A stretch of DNA of 64,000 nucleotides, from the NCBI GenBank assembly GCA_964603585.1, contig CAZRVK010000003.1:131693-195692 (forward strand), read 5' to 3'. How positions within the stretch are numbered: the stretch's first letter is position 1; each line of letters begins with the position of its first letter. This document shows positions 42,218-53,461 of the stretch, piece after piece. The DNA is from an uncultured Planctomycetales bacterium. Lineage in GTDB: Bacteria; Omnitrophota; Gorgyraeia; Gygaellales; Profunditerraquicolaceae. The translations under genes and the position numbers were made by a program. The notes below the pieces were generated by a model. The model had not been told where the DNA came from. It made no database searches and saw only the letters and a list, made by a program, of their open reading frames with translations.

Positions 42218-43825
42218 ATGACTAAATACATTTTCATTACCGGCGGGGTAATATCCAGCCTGGGCAAAGGGATCGCCGCAGCTTCTATCGGTAAGATCCT
42301 GGAGTCGCGAGGGTTAAAGATCACTTTAATGAAGCTTGATCCCTACATTAACGTTGATCCTGGGACCATGAATCCCTATCAGCATGGCGAGGTTTATGTT
42401 ACCGATGATGGATCAGAGACGGACTTGGACCTTGGGCATTATGAGCGTTTCACTAATGCCAAAATGACTAAGTTTAATAATGCTACCACAGGCCAGGTTT
42501 ACAATACGGTTATCTCGCGGGAAAGAAAAGGGGATTATTTAGGTAAAACCATACAAGTAATCCCGCATATTACAGATGAAATAAAGGAGCGGGTGAAAAA
42601 AGTCGCTCTTGTGTCTTCGGCAGATATTGTGATCATTGAATTGGGAGGTACAGTTGGTGATATTGAAAGCCTGCCTTTTTTAGAAGCGGCCCGGCAATTC
42701 AGCCTGGATGTAGGTCGCCAGAACGTACTCTACATCCATTTAACACTCATTCCTTATATCAAGGCCGCAGGCGAAATAAAAACCAAGCCTACACAGCATA
42801 GCGTGGGGACTTTGCGGGAGATCGGGATTGTCCCAGACATTTTGATCTGCCGGACGGAACGGCCTTTGTCCGAAGAAGTTAAGGAAAAGATATCCCTTTT
42901 TTGTAATGTCCCAAAGGATGCGGTTATCGAATCCAGAGATATGGACTCGATCTATGAAATACCGATGTTGTTTAAGAACCAAGGACTGGATTTGATTATC
43001 CTCGGCCAGTTCAATATGAAATGCCGATCTACTGACCTTGAGGCGTGGGATAAGAATGTTGTATCGCGTATCATAAACCCTAAGGCCAAGGTAAAAATCG
43101 CTTTTGTCGGTAAATACATTGGCTTACAGGATGCATATAAATCGGTATACGAATCATTGATCCATGCCGGTATCGCTAATGACTGCAAGGTCGAGATCGA
43201 GAAGGTCGATTCTGAAGATATTGAAAAAGGATGCGCTGAAAACTTCTTGAATGATGTATCCGGGGTGCTTGTCCCTGGAGGTTTCGGTAACCGCGGGATC
43301 GAAGGTAAGATTGCTGCAATCAAATTTTCCCGGGAGAACAAAATGCCTTTTTTAGGGCTTTGTCTGGGGATGCAATGTGCGGTGATTGAATTTGCCCGCA
43401 ATGTCTGCGGTTTAAAAGGAGCAAATTCCACGGAATTCCATAAGCAGACATTATACCCGGTGATCAGTTTGTTGGAGGAGCAATATAAGGTCAAGGATTT
43501 AGGCGGCACGATGCGGCTGGGGGCTTATCCTTGCCGGAACAAATTAAATACCCTGGCGTTTAAGATTTACAAAAGCCAGCTTATCCGGGAAAGGCACCGC
43601 CACCGGTATGAGTTCAATAATCAATACAAAAAAGCCCTGGAGAAAAAAGGCATGATATTCTCCGGGATTTATCCAAAAAACAATCTTGTGGAGATAGTAG
43701 AGCTTAAGGACCACCCGTTTTTTATTGCCGTGCAGTTCCATCCTGAATTTCAGTCAAAACCTGATTTGGCGCATCCTTTGTTTAGGGAGTTTATTAAGGC
43801 TGTTCTGGAAAATCGTTCCTCCTAA
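42218..43825 (+). CDS. pyrG: CTP synthase
   Basis: [19 protein letters not shown]-terminus and C-terminal GATase domain (GLCLGMQ). Confidence 0.95.
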   Translation: MTKYIFITGGVISSLGKGIAAASIGKILESRGLKITLMKLDPYINVDPGTMNPYQHGEVYVTDDGSETDLDLGHYERFTNAKMTKFNNATTGQVYNTVISRERKGDYLGKTIQVIPHITDEIKERVKKVALVSSADIVIIELGGTVGDIESLPFLEAARQFSLDVGRQNVLYIHLTLIPYIKAAGEIKTKPTQHSVGTLREIGIVPDILICRTERPLSEEVKEKISLFCNVPKDAVIESRDMDSIYEIPMLFKNQGLDLIILGQFNMKCRSTDLEAWDKNVVSRIINPKAKVKIAFVGKYIGLQDAYKSVYESLIHAGIANDCKVEIEKVDSEDIEKGCAENFLNDVSGVLVPGGFGNRGIEGKIAAIKFSRENKMPFLGLCLGMQCAVIEFARNVCGLKGANSTEFHKQTLYPVISLLEEQYKVKDLGGTMRLGAYPCRNKLNTLAFKIYKSQLIRERHRHRYEFNNQYKKALEKKGMIFSGIYPKNNLVEIVELKDHPFFIAVQFHPEFQSKPDLAHPLFREFIKAVLENRSS

Positions 43826-43892
43826 GTCTTTTTAGCACTTTACAAAGTTGTCAGTGCATATTATAATAGCTAAATTTTTATAGAGGAGTTCT

Positions 43893-45416
43893 ATGCAGAG
43901 CAAGGGTTTTAATAATGAAAAATACCTTAAAGAGCAGACCTCGGCCATTTTAGAACGGGTCAAGAAATTCGACAATAAGCTTTATCTGGAGTTTGGCGGA
44001 AAGCTGTGTTTCGATTACCATGCCGCAAGGGTTCTGCCGGGGTATGATCCTAATGTAAAGATCCGTCTTTTGCAATTAATGAAGGATAAAATAGACATTG
44101 TCCTTTGTATTTATGCCGGAGACATTGAAAAAGGCAGGGTGCGCGGAGATTTCGGGATCACTTATGATGCTGCTACCTTAAAGCTGATCGATGATCTAAG
44201 GAAATGGGGGCTGGATACTCTGGCGGTAGTGATCACTCGTTTCAACAATCAGTCTTCGGCGGTTATCTTTAAGAATAAATTAGAGCGCCGAGGGGTCAAG
44301 GTTTACCTGCATTATCCGATCGAGAACTATTCGACAGATATAGATTTCGTAGTCAGCGATACGGGTTTTGGCAAAAATGATTATATTGTAACCAAGAACC
44401 CGATCGTCGTTGTTACCGGGCCAGGGCCTAATAGCGGCAAATTATCCACATGCCTGTCTCAATTGTATCAGGAGCATAAGCGCGGGATAAATGCCGGGTA
44501 TGCCAAGTTTGAGACGTTCCCGATCTGGAATATTCCTTTAAAACATGCGGTCAATGTAGCTTATGAGGCGGCGACCGCGGATATCCAGGATTTCAACTTG
44601 GTAGATCCGTTTCATCTCAATGCCTATAAGGAAACCGCGGTCAATTATAACCGCGATGTAGAGAGTTTTCCTATCCTGAAATTGATCTTAAGCCGGATTT
44701 GTGCGCAAGAGGAAGCGTCTCCCATGTATCAGTCGCCTACCGATATGGGGGTCAACCGTGCAGGTTTCGGGATTATCGATGATTCTTTGGTCCAGGATGC
44801 CGCCAAACAAGAGTTGATCCGCAGGTACTTTCGTTATAATACCGAATATATCCTGGGGATCGAAAAGAAAACTACGGTTGACCGGGTGGTTATGCTGATG
44901 GAAGAGTTAGGAGTCAAGGTTTCTGATCGTCGGGTTGTCGAGCCTGCCAGGCGTGCCAGCGAAGAAGCCGAACAAAGCGGTAAAGGTAATTTAGGGATAT
45001 TTTGTGGGGCTGCTTTGCAGTTAGCGGATGGCCGGATCATTACCGGGAAGAATTCGAAATTATTGCATGCAGTATCGAGCTTGATCTTAAATGCGGCTAA
45101 AACCCTGGCGAATATACCTGATGAGATCATTTTACTTTCCCCGCATATCATTAATCAGATATCCAAGCTCAAGAAAGGTATTTTCAACGCGGAATCCGAG
45201 AGCTTGGACCTGGAAGAGACTTTGATCGCTCTTTCTATCAGTGCGACGACTAATCATACCGCAGAATTGGTGATGAACAAGCTGGTAGAGTTAAGAGGTT
45301 GTGAAGTGCATATGACGCATATCCCTACTCCAGGAGATGATGTCGGTTTGAAAAGATTGGGAGTCAATCTTACTACGGACGGGAAATTTTCCTCCCCGAA
45401 TCTTTTTGTAGAATAA
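43893..45416 (+). CDS. DUF1846/UPF0371-like protein of unknown function
   Basis: ~507 aa; N-terminal region (KYLKEQ...KLYLEFGGKL.FDYHAARVLPGYDPNVK) recalled as the UPF0371 family; assignment from memory. Confidence 0.45.
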   Translation: MQSKGFNNEKYLKEQTSAILERVKKFDNKLYLEFGGKLCFDYHAARVLPGYDPNVKIRLLQLMKDKIDIVLCIYAGDIEKGRVRGDFGITYDAATLKLIDDLRKWGLDTLAVVITRFNNQSSAVIFKNKLERRGVKVYLHYPIENYSTDIDFVVSDTGFGKNDYIVTKNPIVVVTGPGPNSGKLSTCLSQLYQEHKRGINAGYAKFETFPIWNIPLKHAVNVAYEAATADIQDFNLVDPFHLNAYKETAVNYNRDVESFPILKLILSRICAQEEASPMYQSPTDMGVNRAGFGIIDDSLVQDAAKQELIRRYFRYNTEYILGIEKKTTVDRVVMLMEELGVKVSDRRVVEPARRASEEAEQSGKGNLGIFCGAALQLADGRIITGKNSKLLHAVSSLILNAAKTLANIPDEIILLSPHIINQISKLKKGIFNAESESLDLEETLIALSISATTNHTAELVMNKLVELRGCEVHMTHIPTPGDDVGLKRLGVNLTTDGKFSSPNLFVE

Positions 45417-45429
45417 TCTTTTTGCTAAG

Positions 45430-46518
45430 ATGAATGCGATATTAGCGTTAGAGGACGGTCTTATATTCCGTGGCCTCTCGATTGGTGCGCCGGGCGAGAG
45501 CTATGGCGAAGTGGTCTTTAATACCAGTATGAGCGGTTATCAGGAGGTCCTTACCGATCCTTCCTATAAAGGGCAGATGGTAGCAATGACGTATCCTTTG
45601 ATCGGTAATTACGGGATCAATGAAGAAGATATGGAATCTTATAAACCATTTGTGGAAGGTTTTCTGGTCAAAGAGTGCAGCAAGATATACAGCAATTGGC
45701 GGTCAAAGAAATCCTTGAGCACCTACCTTAAGGAAAACGATATTTTAGGCATTGAAGGGATAGACACCCGTGCGCTCACTTTGCATATACGGGAACAGGG
45801 TGCGATGCAGGCAGTTTTGTCCACGGTTGACTTTGATGAGAAGAGTTTGGTTGGCAAGGCAAAAGGATCCCGAGGGTTGATCGGGGTGGACTTGGTTAAA
45901 GAGGTTACTTGCCCCAGGGCATATAAATGGAACCAGCAGGGAAAATATAAAGTAGTGGTGATTGATTGCGGGGTAAAGTTCAATATCTTGCGTATTCTTG
46001 CCGGTAATCAATGCCAGGTTACGGTTGTTCCGGCCCAAACTTCCAGCAAAGAGATCTTAGCTCTTAAACCGGACGGGCTTTTGCTTTCTAACGGGCCAGG
46101 AGATCCGGCTGCCCTTGAGTATGTAGTCAGTGTTGTCCGTGAATTGCTGGATAAATTGCCGATTCTCGGGATTTGCCTCGGGCACCAAATGCTCGGACAG
46201 GCCCTCGGCGGCAAGACCTATAAACTTAAATTCGGCCATCATGGAGCCAATCAACCGGTTAAAGACCTAAAAACCGGGAAAGTGGCAATTTCCGTGCAGA
46301 ATCATGGTTTTTGCGTGGATATTGATACCTTGAATAAAAGAGAGGTAGAGGCGACCCACATAAATTTGAATGATCATACATTAGAAGGGATGAGGCATAA
46401 GAAATTACCGGTGTTTTCCGTGCAATTTCATCCTGAAGCATCTCCCGGGCCGCATGACGCGGAATACTTGTTTGCAAAATTCGTCGAATTAATGAAAAAA
46501 AATGCCAAAACGCACTGA
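45430..46518 (+). CDS. carA: Carbamoyl-phosphate synthase small (glutaminase) subunit
   Basis: CarA N-domain plus class-I GATase domain (GICLGHQ; HGAN). Confidence 0.9.
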   Translation: MNAILALEDGLIFRGLSIGAPGESYGEVVFNTSMSGYQEVLTDPSYKGQMVAMTYPLIGNYGINEEDMESYKPFVEGFLVKECSKIYSNWRSKKSLSTYLKENDILGIEGIDTRALTLHIREQGAMQAVLSTVDFDEKSLVGKAKGSRGLIGVDLVKEVTCPRAYKWNQQGKYKVVVIDCGVKFNILRILAGNQCQVTVVPAQTSSKEILALKPDGLLLSNGPGDPAALEYVVSVVRELLDKLPILGICLGHQMLGQALGGKTYKLKFGHHGANQPVKDLKTGKVAISVQNHGFCVDIDTLNKREVEATHINLNDHTLEGMRHKKLPVFSVQFHPEASPGPHDAEYLFAKFVELMKKNAKTH

Positions 46519-48163
46519 TATCAAGAAAATCATGATCATTGGTTCCGGCCCGATCGTGATCGGGCAGGCGTGTGAATTTGATTATTCTGGGACCCAGGCT
46601 TGCAAAGTATTGAAGCAGGAGGGATTTTATGTAGTGCTGGTTAACTCCAATCCGGCGACGATCATGACTGATCCGCAGATCGCCGACAGGACTTATATTG
46701 AACCGATCACAGTTGAGTGTGTGGCGAAAATCATTGAAAAAGAGCGTCCGGATGCTTTGTTGCCTACCCTGGGAGGCCAGACGGCTTTAAACACCACCGT
46801 CGGTCTGCAAGAGAAGGGGGTCTTAAAGAAATATAAGGTAGAGTTGATCGGCGCTAATATTCAGGCGATCAAAAAAGGCGAGGATAGGCGGTTGTTCAAA
46901 AAGGCAATGCAGGAGATCGGTTTAGACCTGCCCAAAAGCTATCAGGCCTATGATTTGGCGCAAGCGATGGAAATTGCTTCTGGTATGGGATTTCCGCTTG
47001 TGATCCGTCCAAGCTTTACTCTTGCCGGAACAGGCGGGAGTATCGCTTATAATATCGAAGAGTTCAAAGGTTTAGCTAAAAGGGGCTTAGAGTCCAGCAT
47101 GATCAGTGAGATACTGATTGAAGAATCAGTTGCCGGATGGAAGGAATTTGAGTTAGAGGTGATGCGTGACCTGAAGGATAATGTGGTGATTGTCTGTTCT
47201 ATTGAGAATTTGGACCCGATGGGAGTGCATACCGGGGATAGTATTACTGTTGCTCCGGCCCAAACTCTTACGGATAAGGAGTATCAGCGGATGCGCGATG
47301 CGGCAATTGCCTGTATCCGAAAGATCGGAGTCGAGACCGGAGGGTCTAATATCCAGTTTGCCGTGCATCCTGAAACTGGCCGGATGGTATTGATCGAGAT
47401 GAACCCCCGGGTATCGCGGAGTTCAGCTTTAGCTTCCAAGGCTACAGGTTTTGCTATAGCTAAAATCGCGGCTAAATTAGCGGTGGGGTATACTTTAGAT
47501 GAGATACCCAATGATATTACGCTTAAGACCCCGGCTTGTTTTGAGCCGGCGATCGATTATTGTGTGGTCAAGATCCCGCGTTTTACATTCGAGAAGTTTG
47601 CTTCGGCAGAATCAACTTTAGGAATCTCCATGAAATCAGTAGGCGAAGTAATGTCTATCGGCCGGACTTTTAAGGAGGCTTTGCAAAAAGGGTTGCGGTC
47701 TCTGGAGATCAAGAAATCAGGGTTAGAAAGCATTGTCTTTAAGGATTTAGCGGATATGAATGTTGATAATGCCGTATTCGAGGTTATTTTAAACAAGGTG
47801 AGGAAGCCTAATGCTGAACGGATATTTTATATCGGCGATGCCTTCAGGGCCGGACTCGATATTGAGCGTGTATATGAATTAAGTAAGATCGACCGCTGGT
47901 TTCTGCACAATATAAAGGAGATCATTGACCTTGAGAAGGATATCTTATACAACAAGGATCATTTGAGCCCTGAACTTTTGATCCAGGCAAAGCAATATGG
48001 ATTTAGCGACCGGCAACTCGCCGGTATTTTAGGCAAAGATGAATCAGAGGTTTATAATCTGCGCAAATCTTTACATATCGATCCTGTTTTTAAACTGGTG
48101 GATACCTGCGCCGCGGAATTCCAGGCTTTTACTCCATACTTCTATTCTACTTACGATAAATAA
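46502..48163 (+). CDS. carB: Carbamoyl-phosphate synthase large subunit, N-terminal half only (split carB)
   Basis: [24 protein letters not shown] start of CarB; ends at [21 protein letters not shown] (the usual midpoint of ~1070-aa CarB) with a genuine stop; downstream gene is unrelated. Confidence 0.8.
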   Translation: MPKRTDIKKIMIIGSGPIVIGQACEFDYSGTQACKVLKQEGFYVVLVNSNPATIMTDPQIADRTYIEPITVECVAKIIEKERPDALLPTLGGQTALNTTVGLQEKGVLKKYKVELIGANIQAIKKGEDRRLFKKAMQEIGLDLPKSYQAYDLAQAMEIASGMGFPLVIRPSFTLAGTGGSIAYNIEEFKGLAKRGLESSMISEILIEESVAGWKEFELEVMRDLKDNVVIVCSIENLDPMGVHTGDSITVAPAQTLTDKEYQRMRDAAIACIRKIGVETGGSNIQFAVHPETGRMVLIEMNPRVSRSSALASKATGFAIAKIAAKLAVGYTLDEIPNDITLKTPACFEPAIDYCVVKIPRFTFEKFASAESTLGISMKSVGEVMSIGRTFKEALQKGLRSLEIKKSGLESIVFKDLADMNVDNAVFEVILNKVRKPNAERIFYIGDAFRAGLDIERVYELSKIDRWFLHNIKEIIDLEKDILYNKDHLSPELLIQAKQYGFSDRQLAGILGKDESEVYNLRKSLHIDPVFKLVDTCAAEFQAFTPYFYSTYDK

Positions 48164-48221
48164 ATTTTTTTATTGCAAGAGGCGGTTTCAATCGCCCCCC
48201 CTACGGAATAAATAATCCAGC

Positions 48222-48250
48222 AGGGGATGGCCGTGACCGTTCCTATTACA
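48222..48250. repeat. Degenerate copy of the 28-bp palindromic repeat family
   Basis: AGGGGATGGCCGTGACCGTTCCT is about 19/23 identical to the core of the copies at 12048 and 53307. Confidence 0.4.
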
Positions 48251-48344
48251 TAAAATAAATAAATCTTTATTGTTGTCTGCTTTTAATGTATATTTGTGGA
48301 AAGAGGCTTAAATCCATTAAACACGATCCGGAGGATTACTATCT

Positions 48345-49739
48345 ATGCCTGTAACTTTAAAATTTCTCGGGGGAGTAAGAACGGTCACCGGTTCCAGCCA
48401 TCTGATCACCAACGGTGGGTCCCAGGTGCTTTTGGATTGCGGCATGTTCCAGGGAAGGCGAGACCAGTCTTATGAGTTAAACACCTCATTTCGCTTTAAT
48501 GTGAACAAGCTTAATGCATTGGTATTGTCCCATGCCCATATCGATCATTGCGGGAATATCCCTAACCTGATCCGTAAAGGCATCCGGTGTAAAATATATA
48601 CTACCCATGCCACCAAGGATTTATCTAGATTAATGCTGGAAGATTCCGGCAAGATCCAGGAAGAAGATATCCGCTATGTCAATAAGATCAACCGGCGGAT
48701 CGGGATCCCTTTGCGCAAGCCGCTTTATACCAAAAAAGACGCCGGGAAAGCGGCAAAAAAGTTCCATCCACTTTCTTACGGCCACCGGTTTTGTGTGGCA
48801 AAGAATATTTTTGCCACTTTATTGGATGCCGGGCATATTCTGGGTTCAAGTATTATTGTCCTGGACATTAAAGACGGGGATAGGGATATTCGCCTGGGTT
48901 ATGCGGTAGACCTGGGGAGGAAAGGACTGCCTTTGCTCAATGACCCGGTGGTCCCAAAAGGGCTGGATTATTTAATTATTGAGAGCACTTATGGCGGCAG
49001 GATGCATGCGCCGATCCAGGAGGCAAAAGAAAAGTTAAAAGAAGCGATTAATCGCACGATTGAGCGTAAAGGCAAGATCATAATTCCTTCGTTTACTTTA
49101 GAGCGTACACAGGAGGTCCTTTATTTTCTGAACCTGCTTTTACAGGAGAAGGCAATTCCGGCAGTCCCCATATATGTTGACAGCCCCTTGGCTATTGATA
49201 TCACAGAAACATTCCAGCAGCACCTTGATTATTTCGATAAGGGTGCGCGTGATGAGATCGAGCACGGTAATAATCCTTTTAAATTTGTTAATCTTAGGTA
49301 TGTACGCGACCAGAAGGAATCCAAGGGGTTAAATATCGATAAACGCCCGATGATCATTATTGCCGGAAGCGGGATGTGCGAGTCCGGCAGGGTTTTGCAC
49401 CATTTAAAGAATAATATCACTGAATCGCGGAATATGGTTTTGGTTGTAGGCTATATGGCCAAGGATACCTTAGGCAGGAAAATAGTGGACAGGTCGCGCT
49501 ATGTACGTATATACGGTGTTGAATACGAATTGAATGCCGAGGTAGTTGTGATCAACTCATTTTCCGGGCATGCTGACCAAAACGAGCTGATCGAGTTTGT
49601 TTCTGCTTGCCTTCCTCTGAAGCGTATATTTCTGGTGCATGGCGATGAAGAGCAAACCGGGATTTTGCACACTGCCTTATTGAATAAGGGATTGGATGCC
49701 TATATGCCTGTCAGGGATGAAGAAGTCTTGATAGATTAA
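48345..49739 (+). CDS. Beta-CASP family MBL-fold ribonuclease (CPSF/RNase J-like)
   Basis: Metallo-beta-lactamase motif LSHAHIDHCG and beta-CASP organisation over ~464 aa. Confidence 0.75.
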   Translation: MPVTLKFLGGVRTVTGSSHLITNGGSQVLLDCGMFQGRRDQSYELNTSFRFNVNKLNALVLSHAHIDHCGNIPNLIRKGIRCKIYTTHATKDLSRLMLEDSGKIQEEDIRYVNKINRRIGIPLRKPLYTKKDAGKAAKKFHPLSYGHRFCVAKNIFATLLDAGHILGSSIIVLDIKDGDRDIRLGYAVDLGRKGLPLLNDPVVPKGLDYLIIESTYGGRMHAPIQEAKEKLKEAINRTIERKGKIIIPSFTLERTQEVLYFLNLLLQEKAIPAVPIYVDSPLAIDITETFQQHLDYFDKGARDEIEHGNNPFKFVNLRYVRDQKESKGLNIDKRPMIIIAGSGMCESGRVLHHLKNNITESRNMVLVVGYMAKDTLGRKIVDRSRYVRIYGVEYELNAEVVVINSFSGHADQNELIEFVSACLPLKRIFLVHGDEEQTGILHTALLNKGLDAYMPVRDEEVLID

Positions 49740-49805
49740 TGTTTTTGTGTTAATATAGCGAAAAATATAAGTAGTAATCAGGATATTAATGAGGAGGATA
49801 TTAAA

Positions 49806-50054
49806 ATGGCTGGCGGAAAAGCAACAGAAAAGAAAGACGAACAACTAAAATCTTCAGCTGGGATGCTGGTTAAGACCGGGCAGATCCTTTGCCGGCATAT
49901 TAACATGTATAAGGCCGGTAAAAATGTGAAAGGCCAAGGCAGTATGTTTGCCCTTTGCCCGGGGAAAGTGTATTTCACCCATAAGAAAACCCCGCACGGA
50001 AAGTTCCGCACATTCATCAATGTTATGCCGCTTAAGGAAAAAGCTGATAAGTAA
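49806..50054 (+). CDS. Ribosomal protein bL27-like (divergent, N-terminus not conserved)
   Basis: 82 aa; central and C-terminal region aligns with L27 (KAGKNVKGQGSMFALCPGKVYF vs [24 protein letters not shown]) but the conserved AHKKGGGSTRNG N-terminus is absent; not adjacent to rplU. Confidence 0.5.
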   Translation: MAGGKATEKKDEQLKSSAGMLVKTGQILCRHINMYKAGKNVKGQGSMFALCPGKVYFTHKKTPHGKFRTFINVMPLKEKADK

Positions 50055-51193
50055 TGGGCCAAGAAGCACATTTGTCACCGGGCCTTTCAGCAAGATCTAG
50101 GGAATATTCTTCTATCAAATATTGCCTGGCGTTAGTTGATCTGGTTTATCTGGTTGTGCTTCTTTTTTTGTTCCTCGGGCCAGGAGGATCGAGATGGCTG
50201 GCCGGATATATTACAAGATCATTTCCTGCATTCTTTATCACGCCGGTTTATATACTGATAATCTATGCCGCATATTATCTGTTAAACCTGCCTTTTAACT
50301 ACTATCAATCCTTTATCTTAGAGCACCAGTTCTGCCTTTCCAATCAAAGGCCGTTGGATTGGGCTAAAGACCAGTTAAAAAGCGCGGTCATTATGTACCT
50401 GATCCTGGTATTGCTTTTCAAAGGGTTTTATTACATTCTTGCAGTCAGCCCTTTTCATTGGTGGCTGGTAGTTTCTCTATTTTGGGTATTATTTTCTTTT
50501 GTTTTGGCGAAATTAGCCCCGGTACTTATCATTCCGCTTTTCTTTAAATACAAAGAACTTAACGCCCCGGATTTAAAGGCGCGCCTGATCAATCTATCCG
50601 AGAAGATGCAGGTAAAGATACTGGATGTGTTTGAAATAGACTTTAGCAAGAAAACCTTAAAGGCAAATGCCGCTTTGGTAGGGCAGGGCCAGACCCGCAG
50701 GGTGCTTCTTGCGGATACTCTAAAGGATAAATATAGCGCAGATGAAATAGAAGTGATCCTGGCGCATGAATTTGCGCATCATAAATTAAAACACCTTGCG
50801 AAACTTATTTTGATGAACTCTTTGGCAACACTGGCGAGTTTCTATTTGATTTTTAGAACAAGCCGTTTGGCCCTGGATTTTTTTGGGCTTACTGCGCTTT
50901 CAGATATTGCGGCTTTGCCGCTTGTTTTGCTTTATTTTACAGCCATTGGTTTGATCCTTCAGCCGTTGCAGAATTATATCAGCAGAAGAATGGAGTTAAA
51001 CGCTGATCGTGAGGCGCTTAGAGTGACTAACAACAAAGAAGCTTTTATTTCCATGATGAACAAGATCTCCGCCCAGAACCTGTCCGACCGGGCCCCGCAT
51101 CCATTGATCAAATTCATCTTTTTCGACCACCCGCCAACCGAAGAGCGTATTCAAGCCGCGCAACACAGCTTTACCAGTAGGAATCACTTTTAA
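50054..51193 (+). CDS. M48 family (Ste24/HtpX-like) membrane zinc metalloprotease
   Basis: N-terminal multi-TM region and HEFAHHKLKH HExxH motif; start overlaps the L27-like stop (TAATG). Confidence 0.75.
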   Translation: MGQEAHLSPGLSARSREYSSIKYCLALVDLVYLVVLLFLFLGPGGSRWLAGYITRSFPAFFITPVYILIIYAAYYLLNLPFNYYQSFILEHQFCLSNQRPLDWAKDQLKSAVIMYLILVLLFKGFYYILAVSPFHWWLVVSLFWVLFSFVLAKLAPVLIIPLFFKYKELNAPDLKARLINLSEKMQVKILDVFEIDFSKKTLKANAALVGQGQTRRVLLADTLKDKYSADEIEVILAHEFAHHKLKHLAKLILMNSLATLASFYLIFRTSRLALDFFGLTALSDIAALPLVLLYFTAIGLILQPLQNYISRRMELNADREALRVTNNKEAFISMMNKISAQNLSDRAPHPLIKFIFFDHPPTEERIQAAQHSFTSRNHF

Positions 51194-52341
51194 TAATTCT
51201 TTTTACTTTCTAGGAATTTTATAATGATCTTTGCTGCGCGCAGGCTTGCGCCAGGTTCACCCAGGCGTTTCTTGACCTCGGCGAGTTCTTGGCGGATTTG
51301 GTTTATTCGGGCAGGGTCGGTGAGGGTTTTTACCGCTTCTTCTGCGATGTCCGAGGCTTTGGCTTGGAATTGGATGAATTCCGGGATGATCCTTTTGCCG
51401 GCTACTATATTCACCATTCCAATACAGGGCAATTTTACTTGCGGCCGGTAAAGGAAGTAGTTTAAAAGGCTCATTTTATAAATTACAGCAAAAGGGTTGC
51501 CGATGATCGCTGCCTCCAGCGTTGCGGTCCCGGAGCAGACAAGAGAAAAGTCGGCGTTATTCAGGCAATCGTAAGTCTTTCCTTCTACGAGTTTTAATTC
51601 TATTCCCTGGCTTTTGATGAAAGGTTCATATATATCTTCAGAGAGTTGGGTGGCTTTAGCGATCACGAACTGTGTGTTTGGTATTTTTGCTTTGATCATA
51701 CCGGCGGCTTTTATCATTACCGGCAAAATGTTTTTTATTTCAGCCCGGCGTGACCCGGGCAGGAGGGCGATAGTCAATTTATCTTTTGCCAGGTTTAAAC
51801 CGCCCAGGAAGATATCTTTTTCTGCTTTTGCCCTGACAATATCCAGTAAAGGATGCCCGGCAAATTCCGCGGTAATCCCGTGTTTTTTGTAGAACTCATT
51901 CTCGAAGTCAAAAAGCACTACCATTTTATCTATATATTTCCTGATAGTGTTTATCCGTCCTGGCCGGGATGCCCATACCTGCGGGCTGACATAATAAACG
52001 ACCGGGATTGTTTTATTGATCTTTCGCGCTAATCTTAGATTGAATCCGGAGAAATCCACCAGGACGATCGCATCTGGATTTTCGGCCTTTATTTTATCAA
52101 GGATAGATTTTTGTAAAGCAAAGAACCGGGGCAGTTTCTTTAAGGCGTCGAAAAGCCCGATCACGGAAAGATTTTTGATCTGGCAAAACACTTCGGCTTT
52201 TGCTTCCTGCATAAATTTACCTCCGACCCCGGAGATTACTACCGCAGGTAGCAAATCCTTTATTCCTTTGGCTAAGCTTGCAGCTAAAAGGTCTCCGGAG
52301 GGTTCTCCGCAGATGATCATCAGGTGTTTTATTTCTGCCAT
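51190..52341 (-). CDS. lpxB: Lipid-A-disaccharide synthase
   Basis: N-terminus IICGEPSGDLLAASL and 383-aa GT-B fold typical of LpxB. Confidence 0.85.
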   Translation of the reverse strand: MAEIKHLMIICGEPSGDLLAASLAKGIKDLLPAVVISGVGGKFMQEAKAEVFCQIKNLSVIGLFDALKKLPRFFALQKSILDKIKAENPDAIVLVDFSGFNLRLARKINKTIPVVYYVSPQVWASRPGRINTIRKYIDKMVVLFDFENEFYKKHGITAEFAGHPLLDIVRAKAEKDIFLGGLNLAKDKLTIALLPGSRRAEIKNILPVMIKAAGMIKAKIPNTQFVIAKATQLSEDIYEPFIKSQGIELKLVEGKTYDCLNNADFSLVCSGTATLEAAIIGNPFAVIYKMSLLNYFLYRPQVKLPCIGMVNIVAGKRIIPEFIQFQAKASDIAEEAVKTLTDPARINQIRQELAEVKKRLGEPGASLRAAKIIIKFLESKKNY

Positions 52342-53246
52342 ATCTGTTCTTGGATGGTTAAGGCGCAGGCAAGTGCTTCTCTGGCAACTGGCCCGGAAAC
52401 CAGCGGTTCTTTATGGAGGATAATGCAGTTTAAGAATGAAGCCAGTTCTTTTTGTAGGGGCTGTTCTTTTTCTATCGGGATGTCTTCTTTAGAGATCATG
52501 ATCCCCGATTTCTTATAGATTGATGCTTTGGCATCTTTGTAATCAAGTGAGATATAAGTGTTTTCCTGGAAAATACGGATTTTACGCATTGTTTCATCAG
52601 AGACGCGGCTTGCGGTAAGATTGGCCACACAGCCGTTCTCAAAGGTGATCCGGGCATTCGCGATATCTTCGAATTGGGTCAGGACATTTATTCCCACTGA
52701 ATCGATATTGGTTATTCTTGATGATACCAGTCCTAAGACAATATCGATATCATGGATCATGATATCCAGGACTGCGCCTACATCCAGTGAACGGTTGGGG
52801 AATGGGCTTAGGCGGTGGCATTCAATGAATTTAGGGTTATGGATCAACTGTTGGGTTGCCGCGAACGCAGAGTTAAACCTCTCGATGTGGCCTACCTGAA
52901 GGATGAGCTTATTCTTTTCTGCTTGTTTTATCAGCGCATCCGCCTGTTTTAGGTCGGTGGTAAAAGGTTTTTCTACCAGAGTGTGTATATTGTGTTTTAA
53001 ACACTCGCTGGCTACTTCATAATGCAGTTTTGTGGGGACGACGATGCTTACGGCGTCAACTTTATCGAGGACCTCCCGGTAATCGGTGTATCCGGGAATA
53101 TTCAATTCCTGCGATACTTTTGCGGATCGTTCCGTGCTTATATCGCAGATACCTACTAAGGAACAATTAGGAAGCTCTTTGTATATCTTGGCGTGGATAC
53201 TGCCTAAGTGCCCAGTTCCGATAACCGCGACTTTGATCTTATTCAT
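52329..53246 (-). CDS. Gfo/Idh/MocA family NAD(P)-dependent oxidoreductase
   Basis: KVAVIGTGHLGSIHA Rossmann N-terminus and family-length C-terminal domain; overlaps lpxB start. Confidence 0.75.
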   Translation of the reverse strand: MNKIKVAVIGTGHLGSIHAKIYKELPNCSLVGICDISTERSAKVSQELNIPGYTDYREVLDKVDAVSIVVPTKLHYEVASECLKHNIHTLVEKPFTTDLKQADALIKQAEKNKLILQVGHIERFNSAFAATQQLIHNPKFIECHRLSPFPNRSLDVGAVLDIMIHDIDIVLGLVSSRITNIDSVGINVLTQFEDIANARITFENGCVANLTASRVSDETMRKIRIFQENTYISLDYKDAKASIYKKSGIMISKEDIPIEKEQPLQKELASFLNCIILHKEPLVSGPVAREALACALTIQEQIWQK

Positions 53247-53306
53247 GTTTAAAATGATAGTAAATGTGCAATTTAAATTTCAAAATTGAAAGATGAATAA
53301 TATATT

Positions 53307-53334
53307 GTAGGGGATGGTCGCGACCATACCCTAC
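53307..53334. repeat. 28-bp palindromic repeat, copy 2 (GTAGGGGATGGTCGCGACCATACCCTAC)
   Basis: Near-identical to the copy at 12048 including the shared 5' flank TATTGTAGGGGA; lies in the divergent intergenic region between the oxidoreductase gene and the msbA-like gene. Confidence 0.7.
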
Positions 53335-53461
53335 CGGTTTATTCACTACATGATCCGTTTTAATGTATTGTGAGTTGGAAGCATTACAAAAATGATAGCA
53401 AATGGCTCGACAAAAGTCAATGGCTATGATAAAATACCCTACTTTTGGAAAGGAATGCAAG

